Assembly (NCBI GenBank): GCA_963815215.1
Contig: CAWFFU010000010.1
Location: forward strand, 1-64,000
Length of the DNA stretch: 64,000 nt
Source: an uncultured Trueperaceae bacterium
Lineage (GTDB): Bacteria > Deinococcota > Deinococci > Deinococcales > Trueperaceae
Reading direction: 5' to 3'
Below are positions 10,064 to 20,474 of this stretch, one piece after another (the stretch's first letter is position 1; every line of letters starts with the position of its first letter). Both the position numbers and the translations under genes were made by a program. The notes below the pieces were generated by a model. It saw nothing but the letters and a program-made list of their open reading frames with translations, was not told where the DNA came from and did no database searches.

Positions 10064-10190
10064 TGGAGATAGCGTCACAGACGCGAACGCCGTCACCTTG
10101 TCGATTAAGGTGGCGGCGACTTGTCTTCAAATGACAGCCAATAGACAGCCAATCTCGGAGGGAATCTACGATTACTGCCACGGCCCACCG
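10064..10190 (+). repeat. Type-A right flank (hairpin 10088-10118, arm-type repeat 10132-10152)
   Basis: Aligns with 1069-1150, 14692-14766 and 47823-47948. Confidence 0.8.
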
Positions 10191-10482
10191 AGGCGAGCGC
10201 AGTTGGGGTCGAGCCTGGCGGGAGATCCTGGCACCGGAGCTTGCCTTGAGGTCATCGAAGTGCGGCCGTCCCGGCCCGCGAAGTGGGGCGTGTGCATTCC
10301 GCTCTGTAGGCAACTGCTTGTTGTGACGAAGCTCGGAGCAACAGGTACCGGCGCAGCGTCACAGTGGGTATCGTCAGGCATCTTGCGGAGCGCCGACCTG
10401 CCAACTAGGGCATGGGGGAACTCGATACACCTGTCGAGGGCCTGCACACGCCGCCCCGCGAAGTGTGACTGTGAAGGACGCC

Positions 10483-10917
10483 ATGGCGTTAAAGAAATCC
10501 CAGCTCTACAGCTCACTCTGGAGCAGCTGCGACGAACTCCGCGGAGGCATGGACGCTTCCCAATACAAGGACTACGTCCTCACGCTCCTCTTCATGAAGT
10601 ACGTCAGCGACAAGTACGCCGGCAAGCCCGACGCTCTCATCGAGGTGCCGGCCGGCGGCAGATTCGACGACATGGCGAAGCTGAAGGGCGACAAGGAGAT
10701 CGGCGACAAGATCAACAAGATCATCGCCCGCTTCGCCGAAGCCAACGACCTGCGAGGCGTCATCGACCAAGCCGACTTCAAGGATGAGGGCAAGCTTGGC
10801 TCCGGCAAGGAGATGCAAGACCGCCTTTCCAGACTCGTCGCCATCTTTGACGGGCTCGATTTCCGCGCCAACCGCGCCGACGGCGACGACTGCCTGCGAC
10901 AACGTGAGGGAAGCTAG
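10483..10917 (+). pseudogene. hsdM: Type I restriction-modification methyltransferase subunit, N-terminal fragment
   Basis: MALKKSQLYSSLWSSCDELRGGMDASQYKDYVL... is the HsdM N-terminal domain; similarity ends after NRADGDD, no SAM-binding domain. Confidence 0.88.
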
Positions 10918-11113
10918 TGCGCTACGAGGTGCTGTGGGCCAGGACGGCGAGGGGCCAGTTCGCACCGAGTTGCACGCGTCACCGCGTGCGCCGGACTTCA
11001 CGCAAGTGGGGACGGGCTCGTTGACCTCTGGATGGCCGTCGACAGCTCGTTCGGACTTGGTTGAGGCACTCCGTTCGCTGGCCGCTGTTGCGGAGTCGCC
11101 TTAACTGGTTCTC

Positions 11114-13630
11114 ATGAACTTCTGGTGTTCAGCGTCTAGTGTTGCACCAACTTCGAGGTCGGGGGGAGGTGCCGCCATCAACCGAGCCGATCCGCCGCAA
11201 GATCGTGACGTGCGTGCTGGCGGGGCGCCGGCCGGGTCGCGGGTGGCCAACCCGACCGAGTTGCGCGGCTTGGAGGTGGTGGGACTGTTGTTCCTCGATG
11301 TGGGCGGCAGCATCCAGGACGCGGACGTACGGGCCCGACAGATCCTCGGCGAGCGTTTGCGACCGTTGTTGGGTCGGGCCCTGGAGGAGGTCGTACCGCG
11401 CGCGGGCGTGGCGCTTCGACGGTCGGCCGAAAGCGGTCGGAACATGCCGTTGGCAGAGGCGTTCGTTGCGCCGCTGGAGGACTGCGTTGCTGTGGCGGTA
11501 CATCCGGCGCCGAGCGGCTTCACCGTATCGGTGCGCAGTCGTCAGGACCAGCGCTTCGATGCCGCGTCGCAGCGGCTCCGCGAGCGCATCGTGGCCAGCG
11601 TTCCCACTGGGCTGGCGGTGCTCGACGCGGGGGCGCATAGCGTGCCCGTTTTGTACGTCAACGATGCCTTCCGGAACATTACCGGTCATGATGTCGAGAG
11701 CCTGGGAGACCAGGGGGTGCGCGCCTTGGGGCCGCATCCGCGATCGTTGGCAGGTACCTTGGCCCTCGCGGCGAGTGGGGAGTCCGTGAAGCTCGAGGAG
11801 CGATTGTCTCGGGCTGATGGAACGTCGTTCTGGGGGTCGCTGACGTTTTCGCCGGTGCGAGACGAGCGTGGCCGCACGACGCACGTGCTCCTCATGCTGG
11901 AGGACGTCACCGAGCGTATCGAGGCGGGCGCGGTGGTGGAGGAGAGCGAGCGCCGTTACCGGTTGCTGGCCGAGCGCTCCGGCGACATCGTCGCGCGGCA
12001 CCGGCCCGACGGCAATCCGATCTACGTGAGCCCGGCCATCGAACGGATCCTCGGCTACGAAGCGGCTGCGTACCCCGACCTGCATCCCTGGCAGCTCGTG
12101 CATCCGGACGACCGGAAGCGCCTGCAGACGGACCTGATGGCGGTGGCGCGCGGTGCGCCGGCGCCGAGCACCGTCCTGTTCCGCACGCGGCATGCCGACG
12201 GGCACTACGTGTGGTTGGACGTGAGCCTCACCCTCATCCGGGACGAGCATGGCCACATCGCTGAGATCGTTTCGGTCAGTCGTGACGTGTCCGAGCGCGT
12301 CATCGCGAAGCGCGATCTCGAGCGGAGTCAGGAGAGCTTCCGTCGCTTGTTCGCGGAGAACCCCGTACCGATGTGGGTGCACGACGCCAGCACGCTGGAC
12401 ATCTTGGAGGTGAACGACGCTGCGCTCGAACTGCTGGGCTACGGCCGTGAGGAGTTCGTGAACACGCCCACGACGGCGTTCGTGCCGGAGGAGGACCGCG
12501 ATGCGTACCTGGCCGTCGTCGAGGCGGCGAACCGGGAGGGTGTCCGGGAGTTCGGGGAGATCAACATCCGTCGCAAGGACGGTGGCACCGTGATCGCTGC
12601 GCTGGACAAGAGCCCGTTGAGGTTCGGGGGACGCGATGCTCGTCTGGTGGTGGCGCGCGACATGACCGAGGCCAGGCAGGCGCAGCAGGCGCTCGCGGCC
12701 AGCGAACAGCGCTTCCGCCGTCTGGTGGAGCGCAGCAGCGACGTGTTCGTGATCAGCGACAACCAGGGCTCGCTGACCTACGTCAGTGATGGCGTGCAGG
12801 CCCTCACGGGGTGGACGCCGGACGAGCTCGTCGGAACGGCCTTCGTGGACCTCGTCCACGAAGATGATCGCCCCGCCATGCGGCAGTTCCGCCGCGACAT
12901 CGACGCGTACGGCGCAGCCACCCTCCCGGTCTACCGTTTCCGCCACAAGGACGGTCGCTGGCGGTGGTTCGAGGCGATCGGCCGCGACTTGCGTGACGAG
13001 CCCGCCGTGCGTGGGGTCGTCGTCAATACGCACGATGTGACCGAGCGCATGACGAATCTGAGGGAGATCGAGGCCACGCGCGAGGCGACCTTCCGGGCGC
13101 TCGGCGTGGCGCTCGAGTACCGTGACCTGGAGACCAAGGGGCACACCGACCGGGTGGTGGCGATGAGCAGGCGCTTCGCTGCCGTGCTCGGCTTGACCGA
13201 GGAGCAGGTGCAGGCGATCACGTGGGGCGCCTACCTGCACGACCTTGGGAAGGTCGCGATGCCCGACGCCATCCTCTTGAAGCCCGGCCGTCTGACCGAG
13301 GAGGAGTTCGCGGTCATCCAGCGGCACACCTTGATCGGGGAGGAGATGTGCCGCGACGTGCCGTTCCTGCCAGTCACCACCCGGCAGCTCATCCGCAGCC
13401 ATCACGAGCGTTGGGACGGTGCCGGTTACCCGGAGGGGCTGGCGGGCGAGGCCACCCCGTTGGAGGCCCGTATGTTCGCCATCGTCGACGTCTACGACGC
13501 GCTCTCGAGCGAGCGGCCGTACAAGCGTGCGTGGAGTCGCGAGGAGGCAGTGACCGAACTCAGGCACCAGGCGGGCGCGCAGTTCGACCCCGACCTGATC
13601 GCGGTCTTCCTCGAGCGGGTGCTTCCCTGA
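11114..13630 (+). CDS. Multi-PAS + HD-GYP cyclic-dinucleotide phosphodiesterase
   Basis: Four PAS/PAC-like repeats; ETKGHTDRV, LHDLGK, HHERWDGAGYP, VDVYDAL; start uncertain. Confidence 0.9.
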   Translation: MNFWCSASSVAPTSRSGGGAAINRADPPQDRDVRAGGAPAGSRVANPTELRGLEVVGLLFLDVGGSIQDADVRARQILGERLRPLLGRALEEVVPRAGVALRRSAESGRNMPLAEAFVAPLEDCVAVAVHPAPSGFTVSVRSRQDQRFDAASQRLRERIVASVPTGLAVLDAGAHSVPVLYVNDAFRNITGHDVESLGDQGVRALGPHPRSLAGTLALAASGESVKLEERLSRADGTSFWGSLTFSPVRDERGRTTHVLLMLEDVTERIEAGAVVEESERRYRLLAERSGDIVARHRPDGNPIYVSPAIERILGYEAAAYPDLHPWQLVHPDDRKRLQTDLMAVARGAPAPSTVLFRTRHADGHYVWLDVSLTLIRDEHGHIAEIVSVSRDVSERVIAKRDLERSQESFRRLFAENPVPMWVHDASTLDILEVNDAALELLGYGREEFVNTPTTAFVPEEDRDAYLAVVEAANREGVREFGEINIRRKDGGTVIAALDKSPLRFGGRDARLVVARDMTEARQAQQALAASEQRFRRLVERSSDVFVISDNQGSLTYVSDGVQALTGWTPDELVGTAFVDLVHEDDRPAMRQFRRDIDAYGAATLPVYRFRHKDGRWRWFEAIGRDLRDEPAVRGVVVNTHDVTERMTNLREIEATREATFRALGVALEYRDLETKGHTDRVVAMSRRFAAVLGLTEEQVQAITWGAYLHDLGKVAMPDAILLKPGRLTEEEFAVIQRHTLIGEEMCRDVPFLPVTTRQLIRSHHERWDGAGYPEGLAGEATPLEARMFAIVDVYDALSSERPYKRAWSREEAVTELRHQAGAQFDPDLIAVFLERVLP

Positions 13631-13805
13631 CACCGTCTTACGGGCACCCTGCGCATGACCAAGGCGCCGCATGAGATCCGCCTGTGTGGCGTCGGCTTAC
13701 ACCGGGACGGGTGAGCGAAGCACGAGTGTCATGCCCTTCGGCCGTCAGCAAGTGGCCTGAAGTGACAACGAGGGACCCTTGCTTGCTGCGCGCGAGAATT
13801 GACCT

Positions 13806-14027
13806 GTGAACGTCCTGTTGATCCTGAACGATCCGCCCTACGGAACGGAGCGCTCCTACAGCGGTCTGCGTCTAGCGCTGCAACTAGGCAAGTAGGACGC
13901 CGTGCGGGTCCGAGTGTTCCTGATGGCCGATGCGGTGGGATGCGCCTGCGCCGGCTAGAAGACTCCCACCGATTACTACAACATGGAGCGCACGCTGCGT
14001 TGTGTGGTGAAGCGGGGCGGCGCGTAG
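13806..14027 (+). pseudogene. DsrE/YchN-family protein remnant
   Basis: Hand translation VNVLLILNDPPYGTERSYSGLRLA...RVFLMADAVGCACAG*KTP..YYNMER; in-frame TAG at 13893 and 13956; truncated. Confidence 0.75.
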
Positions 14028-14311
14028 CTTCTCTCGCAACAACTCTTGGCCGGGCCAGCCGTGTCCGTCGTTGTCGAGGTAGCGGCGGCCTGCCATTCGT
14101 GCCGGACCGTGGTAGCCCTCGAGGTCGCGGCCGTCGATGCGGATGGTGGGTGATCCCGCGAAGCCAGCCTTGTCCGCGCCGGTGAGGTCGGCGATGTCGC
14201 GCAGCCGTACGTTGGTCTCGATCACTTGCTGCATCAGAGCGTGCCCCAGCTCGACCAGGCGCGCTCCCAGGAGGGGCAGCCAGCGAAGTACAGCAGCTCG
14301 ACCTCGAGCAC
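14020..14311 (-). pseudogene. Thioredoxin-fold protein remnant (frameshifted)
   Basis: EVELLYFAGCPSW in one frame and GFAGSPTIRIDGRD in another. Confidence 0.6.
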
Positions 14312-14510
14312 GCCCCAGCCTGCGTCCTCGCCGGGTGGGCGGGGGTGTCCGATCTTCCCTGGATGAAGGGCACTGTTTCTTGGGTAAGGGCGGGTTGTGA
14401 CGGCGAACCGGGGAGCCGCTTGGGATGGGGGCGTAGTGGTGCTGAAGCGCCTTCGGTCTTGACGCCGTGGCCCGGCGTTTGTAGGCGGCGGCAGCCCCAA
14501 CTCGGAGATT

Positions 14511-14531
14511 TGACAGCCAATTGACAGCCAA
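14511..14531 (+). repeat. Putative arm-type site, 136 bp before att copy 4
   Basis: TGACAGCCAATTGACAGCCAA. Confidence 0.7.
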
Positions 14532-14646
14532 GCCCGCGGATTGTGGTGGGGTACGAGCGAACGTAGCGGGACGGAGCCGGTTAGGTGTGGCGTTTGGCAC
14601 GCGAATTCGGTAAGTGGCGGCATGAGGCGTGATGGGCAGCGGGCAG

Positions 14647-14691
14647 TTCGCACGCGAGGGGGCGTAGGTTCGAATCCTATACCGCCCACCA
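14647..14691 (+). repeat. att copy 4: tRNA-Val 3' half
   Basis: TTCGCACGCGAGGGGGCGTAGGTTCGAATCCTATACCGCCCACCA, 3 mismatches to the tRNA; followed by type-A right flank. Confidence 0.93.
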
Positions 14692-14766
14692 CAGAGATAG
14701 CATCACAGACGCGAACGCCGTCACCTCGTCGATTGAGGTGGCGGCGACTTGTCTTCAATCGACAGC

Positions 14767-14835
14767 TTGGCCTCGAACGGTCGCTGCAACACTTCATGAT
14801 GGACTCTCTTAGGCGCGGGAGGGGGCGGTGGTGCG
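14767..14835 (+). mobile_element. IS30-family left-end remnant
   Basis: GGTCGCTGCAACACTTCATGATGGACTCTC...AGGGGGCGGT matches 19879-19930, which precedes an IS30-like transposase N-terminus. Confidence 0.6.
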
Positions 14836-14893
14836 TTGAGATGGCTTGGGCTGCGGGGCTTGCGCTATGATCGCAGCACGCTGGCGGAAATAT

Positions 14894-15271
14894 ATGCCTG
14901 CGACTTCGGCGCCGGCCACGATCAACGAGTACGTCGCCGGTTTCCCTCCAGGCGTGCGGGAGAAGCTCGAGGCGGTGCGGCGAACGGTCCACGAGGCCGC
15001 GCCGGACGCAGAAGAGACCATCAAGTACGGCATGCCTTCTTTCGTGCTATCTGGCATCCTGGTGCACTTCGGGGCCTTCAAGACGCACCTGGGCTTCTAC
15101 TCGGTGCCCTCGGAGCTCGCCCCTGAGCTCGCCGCGTACAAGCAGGGACGGGGTTCGGTGCGGTTCCCGTTTGACCGGCCTCTGCAGCTGGAACTTATCT
15201 CTCGCATCGTGCAGGTCCGGGCAGAGCAGAACCTCGCCAGGGCGAAGACAAAGGGAAGACGCCCTCGTTGA
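14894..15271 (+). CDS. DUF1801 (YdhG-like) protein
   Basis: TINEYVAGFP...APDAEETIKYGMPSF...HFGAFKTHLGFY...GRGSVRFP. Confidence 0.85.
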   Translation: MPATSAPATINEYVAGFPPGVREKLEAVRRTVHEAAPDAEETIKYGMPSFVLSGILVHFGAFKTHLGFYSVPSELAPELAAYKQGRGSVRFPFDRPLQLELISRIVQVRAEQNLARAKTKGRRPR

Positions 15272-15419
15272 GAGACGCGCAATCTGGAGGATTGTCAGGA
15301 CGCTGGCGATGACCGTGCGATGAGGCTCTTGCCGCACCGTTGCCTCGCCGTTCCTGCCCGTGGCTTGAACTGGCCCGGGCAATCCGTGAACGGCGGCCCA
15401 TGCCGTCGGCAACCAATCG

Positions 15420-15516
15420 GGTTGACCCGCCGGTTGACCCGGGCCTTCGCCGGTTGACCGGCGTGGTTGACCCGCGCCGATCCGCCGGTTGGCCCGCAGA
15501 GCAACTGCGGTCAACC
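15420..15516. repeat. Cluster of GGTTGACC(C) short repeats
   Basis: Copies at 15420, 15432, 15452, 15465, 15487 (1 mismatch) and inverted GGTCAACC at 15509. Confidence 0.6.
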
Positions 15517-15645
15517 GGAGGAGGTGTACCGAATCTGGGAGGTGCCGTCGCGACCAGCTTCGGCGTGTCGGTGCTGTTGGGCCGGTAGCACTCCCGACCG
15601 AACCGCCGCTGTTGAAGTGCCAGTCCGACGCACCCGCCTTGTGGC

Positions 15646-16710
15646 CTACGACTGGGTGTTCCGGTCGATTGTGATGGAACTGCCGCTGCTGGCGAGCTCG
15701 ATGGAGTAGCACGACCCCGATGGGTCGTAGTCGTCGCTCTGAAGCCGGCGGCCGTTGCCGATGTCGCTCGCGCGTCGTCCGTCGAGAGCGAGTTCCGACC
15801 CCCAGCCCTTGAGCTGCACGCATGCTGCTGCACCCGGCTCGCGTCGGATGTCTATCGCCGAGCCCCCGCCGCTGATGCGCACGGGTACGACGGCTGAGCA
15901 GCCAGGCAGTTGCACGTTGATCGCGCTCCCTGCCGCGCTGATGTCGAGCTCTTCGAGGTCGAGGTTGCGGAGGTCCGCGTCGATCATGGAGCCGACTCCC
16001 TTGATTGTGATGCGCCACGGGATGCGGGTGTTGAGAGTGATGGTGGCGATGGCCATGCCGAGGAGTTGGATGCGCCTGGGGAAGCGCATGGCTACGACGC
16101 CCAGGTCCGCTTTCACGGTGGGCACAGGTCCGTCGAAGTCTGCCGTGTAGAGGTCGCGCATGGCGCGATCGACGCGGAGGAGTAGGTGGGAGACGCCGGA
16201 CACGGACAGGCTTCCGGCGGTGGCGCCGCCCACGGGCGAGGAGGTGGTTTCCTCGCCTGGGGAGGGCATCTCACGTAGTCGAATGATCTCGCCCGGAGAG
16301 AGGCCGTTGCAGTGCTTGACGAAGTCGAGGAGCGTCGCGGTCTCGGCGTCGTCGAGATCGGCGGCGCTCTTGGCCCATGCGTCCGTCATGGCGCGCAGCA
16401 TCCGGTCGACCTCGCTCAGGCGGCGGCTGTCGCCCTCGAGGCTGACGACGACCCGCCGGGCGTCGCTGGGGTCGGCGTCGCGCCGTACCAGGCCGGCGTC
16501 CTCGAGGCGCTTGAGCATCCCCGTCACCGCGCCGGTGGTGAGCCCGGTGAGGTTTGCGAGCTGTCCGGGCGTCGCGGGGCCGCTGCTGCCGAGAAGATCC
16601 ACGGCCTGCAGGTCGGTGGCAGGCATCCCGAGGCTGGCGGCCGCTGCGCGGAACATTGCGGCGCCAAGCCCATTGAAGCGCCGCAGCTCGTCGGCTAGCT
16701 CGTTCTTCAT
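15646..16710 (-). CDS. MarR-family regulator with C-terminal beta-rich extension
   Basis: LGMPATDLQAVDLL...TPGQLANLTGLTTGAVTGMLKRLEDAGLVRR..DPSDARRV. Confidence 0.85.
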   Translation of the reverse strand: MKNELADELRRFNGLGAAMFRAAAASLGMPATDLQAVDLLGSSGPATPGQLANLTGLTTGAVTGMLKRLEDAGLVRRDADPSDARRVVVSLEGDSRRLSEVDRMLRAMTDAWAKSAADLDDAETATLLDFVKHCNGLSPGEIIRLREMPSPGEETTSSPVGGATAGSLSVSGVSHLLLRVDRAMRDLYTADFDGPVPTVKADLGVVAMRFPRRIQLLGMAIATITLNTRIPWRITIKGVGSMIDADLRNLDLEELDISAAGSAINVQLPGCSAVVPVRISGGGSAIDIRREPGAAACVQLKGWGSELALDGRRASDIGNGRRLQSDDYDPSGSCYSIELASSGSSITIDRNTQS

Positions 16711-16850
16711 CGAGCGAAACCTTCCATGCCTTAGTGTATCTCTTGACAAAGGTGTTCTACCAGTAGTTAACTTAGCGAATGAGGGAAAACGATGCCAGTT
16801 ATCTTGGGAGCATAACAGGTGCCGACCCGGGAGACGCAGGGACGAGGACG

Positions 16851-17624
16851 ATGGTCGAAACGCGCGGGCTGCGAAAGGCGTATGGGGACGTGGCCGTCCT
16901 CAACGCCGTCGACCTAGAGGTCCCGGCGGGCACGGTGTTGGCACTGCTGGGGTTGAACGGTGCCGGGAAGACCACCGTCGTCAGGATCCTCTCGACGCTG
17001 CTCAAGCCGGATGGCGGCACGGCCACCGTCGCCGGGTTCGACGTGGTGTCGCAGGCGGCGCAGGTGCGGGGGTCGATCAGCCTGACAGGGCAGTTCGCGG
17101 CGGTCGACGAGATGCTCACCGGTCGGGAGAACCTCGTCATGATGGCCAGGCTGCGGCGGGTGACGGACCCGGGCGGCACAGCGGACGGCCTGCTCGCGCG
17201 ATTCGGTCTTGCCGACGCAGCGGGCCGCAGGGTGTCCGCGTACTCGGGCGGTATGCGTCGCCGCCTCGACATCGCCATGAGCCTCATCGGCGACCCGGCC
17301 ATCCTCTTCCTGGACGAGCCGACCACAGGGCTCGACCCGGAAGCTCGCCTCGAGGTCTGGCAGAAGATCCAGCAGCTCGCGGAAGGCGGTACGACGATCT
17401 TCCTCACCACCCAGCAGCTGGAGGAGGCGGAGAGGCTGGCCGACCGTATCGCCATCCTGCACGGGGGCGTGATCATCGTGTCCGGCACGCTGGCAGAGCT
17501 GAGGCAGGTTCTCCCGCCCGCCAAGGTGGAGTATGTGGAACGGCAACCGACCCTGGAGGAGGTCTTCCTGGCGATCGTCGGAAGCGACAAGGCTCCGATG
17601 AAGGGGAAGGAGGGGCAGCGATGA
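16851..17624 (+). CDS. ABC exporter ATP-binding subunit (DrrA-like)
   Basis: GLNGAGKTT, YSGGMRRR, LFLDEPTTGLDP. Confidence 0.92.
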   Translation: MVETRGLRKAYGDVAVLNAVDLEVPAGTVLALLGLNGAGKTTVVRILSTLLKPDGGTATVAGFDVVSQAAQVRGSISLTGQFAAVDEMLTGRENLVMMARLRRVTDPGGTADGLLARFGLADAAGRRVSAYSGGMRRRLDIAMSLIGDPAILFLDEPTTGLDPEARLEVWQKIQQLAEGGTTIFLTTQQLEEAERLADRIAILHGGVIIVSGTLAELRQVLPPAKVEYVERQPTLEEVFLAIVGSDKAPMKGKEGQR

Positions 17625-18382
17625 GCGGGCACTTCTTCAGTGACACCGCCGTGATGGTGGGGCGGACGATGCGGCACGTGACTCGTAGCGTGGACACCAT
17701 CATCACCGTCACGATCATGCCCATCGCGTTCATGCTGCTGTTCGTCTACGTCTTCGGCGGCGCCATCCAGGCCGGCAGCGACAACTACGTCGACTACCTG
17801 TTACCCGGCGTCCTGCTCATCGCCATCGCGAGCGGCATCTCCTACACCGGCTACCGGCTGTTCAACGACATGCAGAGCGGCATCCTCGACAGGTTCCACT
17901 CCCTGCCGATCGCACGGTCGTCGGTGTTGTGGGGGCACGTTCTGACATCGCTGGCGTCGAACGGCATCTCCGTCGCGATCATCGTCCTGGTGGCCTTGCT
18001 CATGGGTTTCCGGTCGTCGGCGGGCGTTCCAGCCTGGCTGGCCGTGGCCGGCATCCTGGCGCTGTTCACGCTGGCGCTGACCTGGGTTGCGGTGATCGCC
18101 GGGCTTCTGGCCTCCACGCCGGACGGCGCGGGCGCTTTCTCCTACCCGATCGTCTTCCTTCCATTCGTGAGCTCGGCGTTCGTGCCGACCGCCACCATGC
18201 CCGGGCCGGTACGCGCCTTCGCGCAGCACCAGCCGGTCACGTCCATCGTGGACACCATCCGGGCGCTGTTGGAGCGCCAGCCGGTCGGAGGCGACATCTG
18301 GATCGCCCTCGCCTGGTGCGTAGGCGTGCTCATCATCGCCTACACCCTCGCCATGCTGGCCTACCGACGCAAGACCGTCTGA
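17621..18382 (+). CDS. ABC-2 type permease (DrrB-like)
   Basis: ATGA overlap with the ATPase; YVDYLLPG, DRFHSLPIAR, SSAFVP, QPVT; six TM helices. Confidence 0.9.
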   Translation: MSGHFFSDTAVMVGRTMRHVTRSVDTIITVTIMPIAFMLLFVYVFGGAIQAGSDNYVDYLLPGVLLIAIASGISYTGYRLFNDMQSGILDRFHSLPIARSSVLWGHVLTSLASNGISVAIIVLVALLMGFRSSAGVPAWLAVAGILALFTLALTWVAVIAGLLASTPDGAGAFSYPIVFLPFVSSAFVPTATMPGPVRAFAQHQPVTSIVDTIRALLERQPVGGDIWIALAWCVGVLIIAYTLAMLAYRRKTV

Positions 18383-18473
18383 GCTAGGCGGGAGCGGTCG
18401 CACGCAGCGCCGATCGCGGCCGTTGCGGTCGTGGCGGCGCACTGCGTGGTGGCGGGCCCTACGACCGCGATCG

Positions 18474-18620
18474 CTACTTCCTCAGCAGTACCAACACGGT
18501 GGCGCCCATGAAGTTGGCGGTGACGAACTCGAGCTTGCCGTCGCCATTGGAGTCCCCCACCGCCACCGAACTCGGGTACTCGCCGACGGCATGACACGCG
18601 GCAAGCACGGCGGCGTAGCA
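18474..18620 (-). pseudogene. FG-GAP/VCBS repeat remnant
   Basis: AVGEYPSSVAVGDSNGDGKLEFVTAN...TVLVLL single repeat. Confidence 0.45.
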
Positions 18621-18789
18621 GCGATATCGCAGCACCTGACTCCCCCTCACCCGTCCAACCAAAGTACCGAAGGAGGGTTGTCGGGACGCTGGCGCCCGCT
18701 TGAACCCAAGGACCTTACGCGACGCTGACGGCGGGCCAATCCTATACGCGGGGGTTGGTTCTACCTTGATCGGGGTCAGGTGCTGGTCT

Positions 18790-19775
18790 GGCCCGTCGTG
18801 GTGACCGGCGTCGAAGTCTGCGACGGCCGAGAAGGACTGCTTGGGCTCCCAGTTCATGTCCGGGCAGGTCGTCCCCTTGCCTCGTCGGTACGTCTTGACC
18901 AGGCTGAACGCGTTCATGTCGAGGTCGTAGCGGGGCTCATCGCTGGTCGTGGCCTCGGCCGTCACGAACTCGTTGACGAAGGCGCCGTCGACGCCCGCGT
19001 CTTCGAGGATCGCCAGGGTCTCGCCGAGCTCGCGGGCCTGCATCGCCTCGTCTCGCACGTAGACCCCCTTCAGCCGCCGGAGGAACAAGCGGCCAACGGC
19101 GGGGAGCTGGTGGAGGAACACGCGCCCAGGGTCAGCGATGCCGAAGCCGAGCGTCCCGCCCTCGTCCTCGGCGCCCCGATACGTCCGCACGCCGAACTCG
19201 GTGATCACGACCGGCTTGCCTACTGCCAGCAACGGCTGAAGCATCTCCACATAGCGGTCCTTGATTTGCGCGTCGCGGTAGTGATCTACGCCGATGAGAT
19301 CGAAGCGGCCCCAGTCGACGTCCTCCAACATGCGCGAGGCCTAGGTTAGGGGCCCGTGGTAGACGTCGCGGACCGCTGCGCTCGCGCGGCCGAGGAAGGC
19401 GTTGAGGCGGTCGTTGGCGCTATGGTCACCCGCCTTCGCCTGCGCGAAGGCGGAGCGGACGCGCGCGGTGACGTCTCCACCCGGAACGATGCCCTGCATG
19501 AACAGCGTCAGCTCGCCGCCCATGACGAGGACCGCCCGCTCCGGGTGCCGGACGCGAAGCCGCTCGGCGCGCTCGGCCCCGGCGACGACGTAGCGCAACG
19601 TCGCCTCGGGAGACGCGCCCCACCAAGCGGACGGCATTGCAGTGAAGGTCGTCGCGCACGATCTGGAGCTCCCGCTCCGCGGTGGCGCGAGATCGAGCCT
19701 CGGACGAGACGGTACCCTCCATCCCGGACCCGCGAAGACCATGCCCATGTCGTATGTCACGCCGAGGCGCCTCAC
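18790..19775 (-). pseudogene. Glycoside-hydrolase-fold hypothetical protein, disrupted
   Basis: GVTYDMG..., ELQIVRDDLHCNAVRL, GELTLF, YHGPLT*AS..EDVDW..FDLIGVDHYR, GKPVVITEFG spread over different frames; TAG at 19341. Confidence 0.65.
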
Positions 19776-19864
19776 GTACCGACCACCCACATCGACCTGC
19801 ACAGAGACCTGCACAAAGGCATCGACCACACCATAAGCCGTAAGCACAGAACGCCCGCCAAGGA

Positions 19865-20122
19865 GCTTTGCCTCAGTGGGTCGCTGCAACCCCTCCTGAT
19901 GGACGCTCTCTGTGGTGATAGGGGGCGGTTGTGCAGCGCGAACTCGATGGTTGACGGAGGCGCAACGGTCGGAGGTGTGGGAGCGCTACAGGCGTGGGGA
20001 GTCATTCGGGCAGATAGGGCACAGCGGTTGGCACGGCCGGAAGATCTGGTTTCCCGCCTGCGACAGCGGTCACGTGATCTCCACGGAGAAAGCCACCGTT
20101 GCGATTACCCCTTGGATCAGCC
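19865..20122 (+). mobile_element. Internally deleted IS30-family element (MITE-like, about 255 bp)
   Basis: Left end GGTCGCTGCAAC, transposase N-terminus WLTEAQRSEVWERYRRGESFGQIG, right end GCCACCGTTGCGATTACCCCTTGGATCAGCC. Confidence 0.7.
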
Positions 20123-20474
20123 ACTGCTGAAGCACGGCGCGGGCCAAGAGTGATATCATCGTGATATAGGGGGTGCGCGTGCGCCTCATCTCACTGGAAG
20201 GCAATGTGATCTGCATGGCGGCGCTTGGGCCCGAGCCGAAGATGGCGGGAGTCGAGGAGCGCGGCTACCAGTGCGTCGTGTTCGCGGCTTCACTTCCGCT
20301 CGCCGCCGGCAAGGACCGGCGGCGCGGTGAACGCGACGGATGGTCCGATGGAGCAAGGTGCAGATCGTGCTTGGGTGCCGGTTCGTCCGCCAGGGCGATG
20401 GACTGCAGTCTGCGTAGGATCTCTGAAGGTGCCCCCAACTCGTGCTCGTTGTCCATGCAGGAAGGGCAGCACCT

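Noticed and set aside
18690..18712. CGCTTGAACCCAAG, and similar bits near 15365 and 24890, as further IS ends
   Set aside because: Too short and degenerate, with no adjacent transposase codons
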